A DNA stretch of 64,000 nt from Macrostomum hystrix (Eukaryota; Animalia; Platyhelminthes), in assembly GCA_950097015.1 (NCBI GenBank), contig CATNEN010000018.1, positions 157,967-221,966 on the forward strand. The letters run 5' to 3'. Position numbers and translations under genes: made by a program. Numbering within the stretch: the first letter of the stretch is position 1; each line of letters begins with the position of its first letter. This document shows positions 11,001 to 21,800 of the stretch, piece by piece. Under the pieces are notes generated by a model that saw only the letters and a program-made list of their open reading frames with translations, was not told where the DNA came from and made no database searches.

Positions 11001-13093
11001 CTTCTCTTCTTCCCTTCTCCTCTTCTTCTCCTCCTATTCTCTTCTCTCTTCTTCTCTTCTTCACTCCTCTTCTCTTCTCTTCTCTCCTCTTCTCTTCCCT
11101 TCTCTCCTCTTCTCTTCTCTTCTTCTCTTCTTTCCCCTTCTCTTCTCTCCTCTTCTCTTCTCTTCTCTTCTCTTCTTTTCTTCTCTTCTTTTCTTCTCTT
11201 CTCTTCTCTTCTCTTCTTTTCTTCTCTTCTTTTCTTCTCTTCTCTTCTCTTCTTCTCTTCTCTTCTCTTCTCTTCTTTTTTCTTCTCTTCTTCTCTTCTC
11301 TTCTCTTCTCTTCTCTTCTCTTCTCCTCTTCTCTTCTCTTCTTCTCTTCTTCTTTCCCTTCCCTTCTTCTTTCCCCTTCTCTTCTCTCGTCTTCTCTTCT
11401 CTTCTTTTCTTCTCTTCTCTTCTCTTCTTCTCTTCTCTTCTTTTCTTTTTCTCTTCTTTTCTCTTCTCTTCTCTTCTTTTCTTTTCTCTTCTCCTCTTCT
11501 CTTCTCTTCTTTTTTCTTCTCTTCTCTTCTCTTCTCTTCTCTTCTCTTCTCTCCTCTTCTCTTCTCTTCTCTCCTCTTCTCTTCCCTTCTCTTCTCTTCT
11601 CTTCTCTTCTTCTCTTTTTCTCTTCTCTTCTTCTCTTCTCTTCTTTTCTCTTCTTTTCTTCTCTTCTTTTCTTCTCTTCTCTTCTCTTCTCTTCTTCCCT
11701 TCTCCTCTTCTTCTCCTCCTCTTCTCTTCTCTCTTTTTCTCTTCTTCTCTCCTCTTCTCTTCTCTTCTCTCCTCTTCTCTTCCCTTCTCTCCTCTTCTCT
11801 TCCCTTCTCTTCTCTTCTCTTCTCTTCTTCTCTTCTCTTCTCTTCTCCTTTTCTCTTCTCTTCTCCTCTTCTCCTCTCTTCTTCTCTTCTTCTTTCCCTT
11901 CGCTTCTTCTTTCCCCTTCTCTTCTCTCCTCTTCTCTTCTCTTCTCTTCTCTTCTTTTCTTCTCTTCTCTTTTCTTCTCTTCTTTTCTCTTCTTCTCTTC
12001 TCTTCTTTTCTTCTTCTCTTCTTTTCTCTTCTCTTCTCTTCTTTTCTTTTCTCTTCTCCTCTACTCTTCTCTTCTTTTTTCTTCTCTTCTCTTCTCTTCT
12101 CTTCTCTTCTTCTCTTCTTCTCTCTTTTCTTCTCTTCTCTTCTCTTCTCTTCTCTTCTTCTCTTCTCTTCTTTTCTCTTCTTTTCTTCTCTTCTTTTCTT
12201 CTCTTCTCTTCTCTTCTCTGCTTCCCTTCTCCTCTTCTTCTCCTCCTCTTCTCTTCTCTCTTCTTCTCTTCTTCTCTCCTCTTCTCTTCTCTTCTTTTCT
12301 TCTCTTCTCTTCTCTTCTCTTCTTCTCTTCTCTTCTCTTCTCTTCTTTTTTCTTCTTTTCTTCTCTTCTCTTCTCTTCTCTTCTTTTTTCTTCTCGTCTT
12401 CTCTTCTCTTCTCTTCTCTTCTTTTTTCTTCTCTTCTTCTCTTCCCTTCTCTTCTCTTCTCTTCTCTTCTCTTCTCTTCTCTTCTTCTCTTCTCTTCTCT
12501 TCTCTTCTCTTCTCTTCTCTTCTCTTCTCCTCTTCTCTTCTTCTTTCCCTTCCCTTCTTCTTTCCCCTTCTCTTCTCTTCTTTTCTTCTCTTCTTTTCTT
12601 CTCTTCTCTTCTCTTCTCTTCTTCCCTTCTCCTCTTCTTCTCCTCCTCTTCTCTTCTCTCTTCTTCTCTTCTCTTCTCTTCTCTTCTTTTCTTCTCTTCT
12701 CTTCTCTTCTTCTCTTCTCTTCTTTTCTTTTTCTCTTCTTTTCTCTTCTCTTCTCTTCTTTTCTTTTCTCTTCTCCTCTTCTCTTCTCTTCTTTTTTCTT
12801 CTCTTCTCTTCTCTTCTCTTCTCTTCTCTTCTCTCCTCTTCTCTTCTCTTCTCTCCTCTTCTCTTCCCTCTCTTCTCTTCTCTTCTTCTCTTCTCTTCTC
12901 TTCTCCTCTTATCTTCTCTTCTTTTCTTCTCTTCTCTTCTCTTCTTCTCTTCTCTTCTTTTCTTTTTCTCTTCTTTTCTCTTCTCTTCTTTTTTCTTCTC
13001 CTCTTCTCTTCTCTTCTCTTCCCTTCTCTTCTCTTCTCTTCTCTTCTCTTCTCTTCTCTCCTCTTCTCTTCTCTTCTCTCCTCTTCTCTTCCC
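8090..13093. repeat. Degenerate (CTCTT)n tract 2 (~5 kb) with an internal 1111-bp duplication
   Basis: Rare variants recur at 1111-bp spacing (CTTATCTT 9618/10729; TTGTTCTC 9422/10533; CCTATTCT 9922/11033). Confidence 0.98.
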
Positions 13094-13098
13094 TGTAG

Positions 13099-13490
13099 TG
13101 CAGAACAAATGGCCAAACGATGCTAATGAGACACAGCAGGCACTGATCGAGGCAGTTCAACGCAACATTGAACAGGCGGAAGGTCGAGGCGAAAGCACTG
13201 AAGTGCTAGAAGAGATACTTGAGGTGCTTAAAAATGACCCGCATGCGCTAAAGCGGTTCGCAAAGCTTACAGTCTACAGCCACTCCACGATGGGTAGCAT
13301 TGTGCGCGAGAACTGGGCCTACCTGGCCCGCAATCTGGCATCCGACATCGGCGGCATCCTTGGTCTCTGGCTAGGCGTGTCAATTATTAGCACCTTCGAG
13401 TTCTTCGAGCTATTTATCAGGCTTTTCAGTGTCAGACGAAAGCAAAACCATCAGCAACAAGCAGCCGCCGCCGATGCCGAGCTGACTTAG
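13099..13490 (+). CDS. Terminal exon of a DEG/ENaC (ASIC/degenerin-family) channel subunit; upstream exons not found in the window
   Basis: Acceptor CCCTGTAG|TG at 13098/13099. Translation ...KWP...KRFAKLTVYSH...ENWAYLARNLASDIGGILGLWLGVSIISTFEFFELFIRL contains the family's pre-TM2 WP and KLxVY motifs and the TM2 DIGGxLGLWLGxS signature with the GxS selectivity filter. Confidence 0.9.
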
Positions 13491-14262
13491 GCCTAGACCG
13501 AAGTCAATACACAGTTTGAGGTTGTCGCCTTACATATTTTCTATATTCTTTGAGACATCAGGCTATTGACTATTAGCTTACTATTAGCTAGAAATTGTTT
13601 TAGACAACGCCTTTTAGACTATTTAGGAACACAAAAAATAATGAATTACCAAAATAGGAAGGTGTTGTCTTTAAGGAATACTAATGAGCAAAATATAAAG
13701 GAAATTTTATTTTTCAATGATTTCCTATTACTAAGCTGGTGTAACCAATGCGATGGACCTTGCGATGAGCTGAATCCCCCGAGTTTACTGGGACTTTAAC
13801 TTAAACAACCGCAATGTACGCGATAGAAGCGTGTGCTGTCTCTCAATGCCTGTTTTACAGTACACAAATCAATTTTATTTTGCTAGTCTAATTTGTACGA
13901 GACAAGTGCGCCTGTCATCGAATCTTATTAGCAGAGTCAGTTTACTGCTACTACCACACTGTATGCTATAGAATGGTCTGCTGCGTTTCTCTACCTGTAA
14001 CTCATAAAATATATTGTCTACTTCGCTTTTGCTAGTGATTGTAACTACGCCTGCCACTTCATTCATGCGATTCCCTATACCTGTACTCCTCGAAATGCTG
14101 GTAGCTGTCAGAGACTAAATGGAACTCAGCGCCACCTATAATCTGTCAATCGATAAAGCTAATCAGTGATAAGATTACTTTGCGTGCAGATATGCCCATG
14201 AAGTACTCATTTACATGAAGTTAAGCAAATTCTCTGATTTCAGAAATTTACTTTCGAGGAAG

Positions 14263-16120
14263 AACAGCAAGCATTCAAACTAAACATGCCACAATTAGAC
14301 ACTCATGAGTAAAAACAGCAAGCATTCAAACTAAACATGCCACAATTAGACACTCATGAGTAAAAACAGCAAGCATTCAAACTAAATATGGCACAATTAG
14401 ACACTCATGAGTAAAAACAGCAAGCATTCAAACTAAACATGCCACAATTAGACACCCATGAGTAAAAACAGCAAGCATTCAAAATAAACATGCCACAATT
14501 AGACACTCATGAGTAAAAACAGCAAGCATTCAAACTAAACATGCCACAATTAGACACTCATGAGTAAAAACAGCAAGCATTCAAACTAAATATGGCACAA
14601 TTAGACACTCATGAGTAAAAACAGCAAGCATTCAAACTAAACATGCCACAATTAGACACTCATGAGTAAAAACAGCAAGCATTCAAACTAAACATGCCAC
14701 AATTAGACACTCATGAGTAAAAACAGCAAGCATTCAAACTAAATATGCCACAATTAGACACTCATGAGTAAAAACAGCAAGCATTCAAACTAAATATGCC
14801 ACAATTAGACACCCATGAGTAAAAACAGCAAGCATTCAAACTAAACATGCCACAATTAGACACTCATGAGTAAAAACAGCAAGCATTCAAACTAAATATG
14901 GCACAATTAGACACTCATGAGTAAAAACAGCAAGCATTCAAACTAAATATGGCACAATTAGACACTCATGAGTAAAAACAGCAAGCATTCAAACTAAACA
15001 TGCCACAATTAGACACTCATGAGTAAAAACAGCAAGCATTCAAACTAAATATGCCACAATTAGACACTCATGAGTAAAAACAGCAAGCATTCAAACTAAA
15101 CATGCCACAATTAGACACTCATGAGTAAAAACAGCAAGCATTCAAACTAAATATGGCACAATTAGACACTCATGAGTAAAAACAGCAAGCATTCAAACTA
15201 AATATGGCACAATTAGACACTCATGAGTAAAAACAGCAAGCATTCAAACTAAATATGCCACAATTAGACACCCATGAGTAAAAACAGCAAGCATTCAAAC
15301 TAAATATGGCACAATTAGACACCCATGAGTAAAAACAGCAAGCATTCAAACTAAATATGGCACAATTAGACACCCATGAGTAAAAACAGCAAGCATTCAA
15401 ACTAAATATGCCACAATTAGACACCCATGAGTAAAAACAGCAAGCATTCAAACTAAATATGGCACAATTAGACACCCATGAGTAAAAACAGCAAGCATTC
15501 AAACTAAATATGCCACAATTAGACACCCATGAGTAAAAACAGCAAGCATTCAAACTAAATATGCCACAATTAGACAATCATGAGTAAAAACAGCAAGCAT
15601 TCAAACTAAATATGCCACAATTAGACACTCATGAGTAAAAACAGCAAGCATTCAAACTAAATATGGCACAATTAGACACCCATGAGTAAAAACAGCAAGC
15701 ATTCAAACTAAATATGCCACAATTAGACACCCATGAGTAAAAACAGCAAGCATTCAAACTAAACATGCCACAATTAGACACTCATGAGTAAAAACAGCAA
15801 GCATTCAAACTAAATATGCCACAATTAGACACTCATGAGTAAAAACAGCAAGCATTCAAACTAAATATGCCACAATTAGACACCCATGAGTAAAAACAGC
15901 AAGCATTCAAACTAAATATGCCACAATTAGACACTCATGAGTAAAAACAGCAAGCATTCAAACTAAATATGCCACAATTAGACACCCATGAGTAAAAACA
16001 GCAAGCATTCAAACTAAACATGCCACAATTAGACACTCATGAGTAAAAACAGCAAGCATTCAAACTAAACATGCCACAATTAGACACTCATGAGTAAAAA
16101 CAGCAAGCATTCAAACTAAA
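14263..16120. repeat. 51-bp satellite (AAAAACAGCAAGCATTCAAACTAAAYATGSCACAATTAGACACYCATGAGT), ~36 copies
   Basis: Direct tandem units; 17-aa periodicity in the ORF track. Confidence 0.98.
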
Positions 16121-17543
16121 TGCTGAACGGCTGTTCAGTCCATGGACTGGGGGGATGCCACACACACCACAGGGCTAATATACAGCTAATACAAATATCT
16201 GAATAGTATAATACGTTATACTATATTCTATTAGATTGCTAACATATGGCAGACCAGTTCCTCCCATCATGCTTACGAACGCCTCGCTCAAGAAATAGCA
16301 CTAACCTAGCAACCTACGTGCTTGGCGCAACGCATAACAAACAACACAAAGGTGCACAAATAGTCAAAAGTGGTAAGAATTGATATTGCAGTTTGAGCAC
16401 TTTATTTTCGATTACCGCATGAGCACAGAACAGATAGCCTTGAAACCGTGATAAACCATACGTATGGCGGCGTAGATTACGCCAGTTGACTGGTAGGCAA
16501 TATTCAGATCGCATTTCATTCTTTATTTTTTTAACGGACACTCGCATCGAACTACTGTGAGTAGTTCAAAATCTTGAGTAAAACGCGTAGACTTGTCGCA
16601 TTGGGATACCGTCTTTGGGTCAATAAAGACAAAGTCCTCAGTCCTCAGTCCTCAGTCCCCCTGAGGACTCTGTGGCCCTGCCAGACTCCCAGGATGACCA
16701 GCAGCAGAGCGCTCCCAGGTAGCTGGGCGAGCATCCAAGTACTCAAACCGCCTGTCTCAAGACAACAAGCTGGAGTCCTGACATGAGGAATATAGAGCGT
16801 TCAAGAAGATACTAGCCATAAGCTTGAATAGCCCCATATTGCAGCTTTGCATGGCGAGCTGGAATAAGTGGGATTACTTCAGTACAATGTGATAAAAACA
16901 TAAGTTTAATTATGATTTTAAAGAAACATTAAAAGCCAATAATTACCCATACTTCACAGCAAAAAACTGGACATGGCAGAATGGCAGATAAGCCTCTCTC
17001 ACAGAAAAATTATCAAAATATTATCAATTTAAGTATCTGAAATTGTTTAAAAGTATTCTCACAATAAACTTGTACTTTTGTGGTGAACATTGTGAGTAGC
17101 TGCTTTTTTTAATAATTTGTTTATCTTGGTTCTGAATTTTTTATTATTAACTATGCTTTGACATGCACAGCTGATTTCCAGAGACAAAAAATGTTACTTG
17201 TAAGCAAATCCTGATTGATTCCAGTGTTAATAAAAAATATGGTGGAATAATACATAAAAAATATGTTTCTTTAAAAATAAAATGGTAAGAAATATGCCAA
17301 TAGATTACATCTCCAAGTTAAATAAGCTATCCTAATTGTAAAAATATATGATTGGGGAGTTGAAGAAGCAACTGTGTTTTAGGTAACTTAAACTACTTTT
17401 GAATTTCACCACAAAAGTAGTTGATTCACATTTTAATTTCTAACCTCACTGTGGCATATGATATGCAATTCTAACTGTGTTCTGTGAAAAAAAAATTTAT
17501 TGAAATGTGTTTTTTAATCGTTTTATGGCTACAACTGTCTCAG

Positions 17544-17956
17544 TATGGGCGGATAGCTCAAATGGGTGGATAGCTCAGTCAGTAAGGTGTCGGACTCTGG
17601 ATCAGATGGTCCTGGGTTCGACTCCCGACCTAGTCTAGAACTATTCGTGCAGCCTTTGGCAAGCTGCTTTGCCCTGATGTGCACACAGTCTACTCAGCTG
17701 CAAATGAGTACTGACATTTCGTCGGGTAATAATAATTCTGGCTGGTGTGGAATAAAGCAGTTCTGTGCAGCAATTCTGTGGGGTTTGGATGCTGCCGAAA
17801 TGTTTGGAAAAATAAATTCCATTGCTGACACGCAGCTGTCAACCAGTGTCCGAGAGAGCCGGGGAGTACAATAGGTGTGCAGTACCCACCTGCTAGTGTG
17901 CTTGACACACAACACCTGCACTGGCCCTTGGGTCTAGTGTCAATTATTATTATTAT
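17544..17956 (+). mobile_element. tRNA-derived SINE with (ATT)n tail and 11-bp target-site duplication
   Basis: A-box-like TAGCTCAGTCAGTAAGG at 17571, B-box GGTTCGACTCC at 17615-17625, 3' (ATT)n tail, and flanking direct repeat AACTGTCTCAG at 17533-17543 and 17957-17967. Confidence 0.9.
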
Positions 17957-17982
17957 AACTGTCTCAGGGCAACTTTTCTCAG

Positions 17983-18232
17983 CATACATGTGCAACCTCC
18001 CAAATCTTAGCCGGCTGTGCGACTTAGTTTTTTCTCTATTTATGACTTAGTTTGCTCTCATTTGCTCTATTTTTCTCTCCCCTTTTTCCTCTTCTTCACG
18101 CCTTCCTTTTTTGTCCCTTGGTCCCCCCTGTGATTTTTTGTGCTTGGTTGATTGGTCTTTGCGACTTACCTTGCTTGGCCCTCGTTTCACCCGGCCGGTT
18201 CGGCTGGGTCGGCCGGGTGTTGCGCATGTATG
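17983..18232 (+). mobile_element. hAT-type MITE, copy 1 (250 bp)
   Basis: TIRs CATACATGTGCAAC...GTTGCGCATGTATG; 8-bp TSD TTTCTCAG at 17975-17982 and 18233-18240 (an 8-bp TSD is typical of hAT). Confidence 0.9.
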
Positions 18233-18408
18233 TTTCTCAGATTATAGATATCTCTTTAATATACTTTGCAAGAGCTTCTATTATATATGACAGTTAGAGC
18301 ACTTTACTTTCAAATATCACATGAGCACAGAACACAAATATCTCACTTTCTGCCATTCATATTGTGCCATTAAGTAGTTTCACTTATCTAGGTTTGATTT
18401 ATCTCTGT

Positions 18409-18688
18409 CATACATGCGCAACACCCGGCCGACCTGGCCGAACCGGCCGGGTAAAACGAGGGCCAAGCAAGGTAAGTCGCAAAAACCAATGGACCAAGCG
18501 CAAAAAATCAAAGGGGAGACCAAGGGACAAAAAAGGAAGGCGTGAAGAAAAGGAAAAAGGGGAGAGAAAAAGAGAGCAAATGAGAGCAAACTAAGTCGTA
18601 AATAGAGCAATGAAACGAACTAAGTCGCAAATGAGAGCAAAAACTAAGTCGCATGGCTGGCTAAGATTTGGGAGGTTGCTCATGTATG
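18409..18688 (-). mobile_element. hAT-type MITE, copy 2 (280 bp), same family, opposite orientation
   Basis: TIRs CATACATGCGCAAC...GTTGCTCATGTATG; own 8-bp TSD ATCTCTGT at 18401-18408 and 18689-18696; interior is a diverged reverse complement of copy 1. Confidence 0.9.
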
Positions 18689-18810
18689 ATCTCTGTTTTC
18701 TGGCAACAAAATTTGCTTTGTGTGTTATAATTGCTTTTACAGAACTACTTCCAATGCAGTTTAGCATAACTTCACTGCTAATTTTGGCCTTGATTCCAAC
18801 ATTGCTTAAT

Positions 18811-21800
18811 CTCTTCTTCTTCTCTTCTCTCTCTTCTTTTCTTCTCTTCTCTTCTTTTCTTCTCTTCTTTTCTTCTCTTCTCTTCTCTTCTTCTCTTCTC
18901 TTCTCTTCTCTTCTTTTTTCTTCTCTTCTTCTCTTCTCTTCTCTTCTCTTCTCTTCTCTTCTCTTCTCCTCTTCTCTTCTCTTCTTCTCTTCTTCTTTCC
19001 CTTCCCTTCTTCTTTCCCCTTCTCTTCTCTCCTCTTCTCTTCTCTTCTTTTCTTCTCTTCTCTTCTCTTCTTCTCTTCTCTTCTTTTCTTTTTCTCTTCT
19101 TTTCTCTTCTCTTCTCTTCTTTTCTTTTCTCTTCTCCTCTTCTCTTCTCTTCTTTTTTCTTCTCTTCTCTTCTCTTCTCTTCTCTTCTCTTCTCTCCTCT
19201 TCTCTTCTCTTCTCTCCTCTTCTCTTCCCTTCTCTTCTCTTCTCTTCTCTTCTTCTCTTTTTCTCTTCTCTTCTTCTCTTCTCTTCTTTTCTCTTCTTTT
19301 CTTCTCTTCTTTTCTTCTCTTCTCTTCTCTTCTCTTCTTCCCTTCTCCTCTTCTTCTCCTCCTCTTCTCTTCTCTCTTCTTCTCTTCTTCTCTCCTCTTC
19401 TCTTCTCTTCTCTCCTCTTCTCTTCCCTTCTCTCCTCTTCTCTTCCCTTCTCTTCTCTTCTCTTCTCTTCTTCTCTTCTCTTCTCTTCTCCTTTTCTCTT
19501 CTCTTCTCCTCTTCTCCTCTCTTCTTCTCTTCTTCTTTCCCTTCCCTTCTTCTTTCCCCTTCTCTTCTCTCCTCTTCTCTTCTCTTCTCTTCTCTTCTTT
19601 TCTTCTCTTCTCTTTTCTTCTCTTCTTTTCTCTTCTTCTCTTCTCTTCTTTTCTTCTTCTCTTCTTTTCTCTTCTCTTCTCTTCTTTTCTTTTCTCTTCT
19701 CCTCTTCTCTTCTCTTCTTTTTTCTTCTCTTCTCTTCTCTTCTCTTCTCTTCTTCTCTTCTTCTCTCTTTTCTTCTCTTCTCTTCTCTTCTCTTCTCTTC
19801 TTCTCTTCTCTTCTTTTCTCTTCTTTTCTTCTCTTCTTTTCTTCTCTTCTCTTCTCTTCTCTGCTTCCCTTCTCCTCTTCTTCTCCTCCTCTTCTCTTCT
19901 CTCTTCTTCTCTTCTTCTCTCCTCTTCTCTTCTCTTCTTTTCTTCTCTTCTCTTCTCTTCTCTTCTTCTCTTCTCTTCTCTTCTCTTCTTTTTTCTTCTT
20001 TTCTTCTCTTCTCTTCTCTTCTCTTCTTTTTTCTTCTCTTCTTCTCTTCTCTTCTCTTCTCTTCTTTTTTCTTCTCTTCTTCTCTTCCCTTCTCTTCTCT
20101 TCTCTTCTCTTCTCTTCTCTTCTCTTCTTCTCTTCTCTTCTCTTCTCTTCTCTTCTCTTCTCTTCTCTTCTTCTCTTCTCTTCTTCTTTCCCTTCCCTTC
20201 TTCTTTCCCCTTCTCTTCTCTTCTTTTCTTCTCTTCTTTTCTTCTCTTCTCTTCTCTTCTCTTCTTCCCTTCTCCTCTTCTTCTCCTCCTCTTCTCTTCT
20301 CTCTTCTTCTCTTCTCTTCTCTTCTCTTCTCTTCTTCTCTTTTTCTCTTCTCTTCTTCTCTTCTCTTCTTTTCTCTTCTTTTCTTCTCTTCTTTTCTTCT
20401 CTTCTCTTCTCTTCTCTTCTTCCCTTCTCCTCTTCTTCTCCTCCTCTTCTCTTCTCTCTTCTTCTCTTCTTCTCTCCTCTTCTCTTCTCTTCTCTCCTCT
20501 TCTCTTCCCTCTCTTCTCTTCTCTTCTTCTCTTCTCTTCTCTTCTCCTCTTATCTTCTCTTCTTTTCTTCTCTTCTCTTCTCTTCTTCTCTTCTCTTCTT
20601 TTCTTTTTCTCTTCTTTTCTCTTCTCTTCTCTTCTTTTCTTTTCTCTTCTCCTCTTCTCTTCTCTTCTTTTTTCTTCTCTTCTCTTCTCTTCTCTTCTCT
20701 TCTCTTCTCTCCTCTTCTCTTCTCTTCTCTCCTCTTCTCTTCCCTTCTCTTCTCTTCTCTTCTCTTCTTCTCTTTTTCTCTTCTCTTCTTCTCTTCTCTT
20801 CTTTTCTCTTCTTTTCTTCTCTTCTTTTCTTCTCTTCTCTTCTCTTCTCTTCTTCCCTTCTCCTCTTCTTCTCCTCCTCTTCTCTTCTCTCTTCTTCTCT
20901 TCTTCTCTCCTCTTCTCTTCTCTTCTCTCCTCTTCTCTTCCCTTCTCTCCTCTTCTCTTCCCTTCTCTTCTCTTCTCTTCTCTTCTTCTCTTCTCTTCTC
21001 TTCTCCTTTTCTCTTCTCTTCTCCTCTTCTCCTCTCTTCTTCTCTTCTTCTTTCCCTTCCCTTCTTCTTTCCCCTTCTCTTCTCTCATCTTCTCTTCTCT
21101 TCTCTTCTTTTCTTCTCTTCTCTTTTCTTCTCTTCTTTTCTCTTCTTCTCTTCTCTTCTTTTCTTCTTCTCTTCTTTTCTCTTCTCTTCTCTTCTTTTCT
21201 TTTCTCTTCTCCTCTTCTCTTCTCTTCTTTTTTCTTCTCTTCTCTTCTCTTCTCTTCTCTTCTTCTCTTCTTCTCTCTTTTCTTCTCTTCTCTTCTCTTC
21301 TCTTCTCTTCTTCTCTTCTCTTCTTTTCTCTTCTTTTCTTCTCTTCTTTTCTTCTCTTCTCTTCTCTTCTCTGCTTCCCTTCTCCTCTTCTTCTCCTCCT
21401 CTTCTCTTCTCTCTTCTTCTCGTCTTCTCTCCTCTTCTCTTCTCTTCTTTTCTTCTCTTCTCTTCTCTTCTCTTCTTCTCTTCTCTTCTCTTCTCTTCTT
21501 TTTTCTTCTTTTCTTCTCTTCTCTTCTCTTCTCTTCTTTTTTCTTCTCTTCTTCTCTTCTCTTCTCTTCTCTTCTTTTTTCTTCTCTTCTTCTCTTCCCT
21601 TCTCTTCTCTTCTCTTCTCTTCTCTTCTCTTCTCTTCTTCTCTTCTCTTCTCTTCTCTTCTCTTCTCTTCTCTTCTCTTCTCCTCTTCTCTTCTTCTTTC
21701 CCTTCCCTTCTTCTTTCCCCTTCTCTTCTCTTCTTTTCTTCTCTTCTTTTCTTCTCTTCTCTTCTCTTCTCTTCTTCCCTTCTCCTCTTCTTCTCCTCCT

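Noticed and set aside
8010-13490. 1826-aa ORF and the other F/S/L- or E/K/R-rich ORFs in the CT tracts (also 4978-5979, 18610-23872, 59652-63815)
   Set aside because: A pure C/T or A/G tract cannot form stop codons, so all frames stay open. Only the last ~130 codons (the ENaC exon, after a proper acceptor) look like protein.
13738-13775. CNQCDGPCDE, resembling the ENaC CxCxxPC motif
   Set aside because: It lies downstream of the ENaC stop codon in AT-rich sequence, so it is in the wrong order; likely chance.
16634-16740. Possible RTE/BovB-like LINE 3' tail on the minus strand ((GAGGACT)3 after CACAGAGTC)
   Set aside because: Only loose similarity from memory, with no upstream RT ORF or TSD.
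17564-17635. tRNA gene
   Set aside because: A and B boxes are present, but the sequence continues into a ~340-bp body with an (ATT)n tail and TSD, so it is a SINE head.
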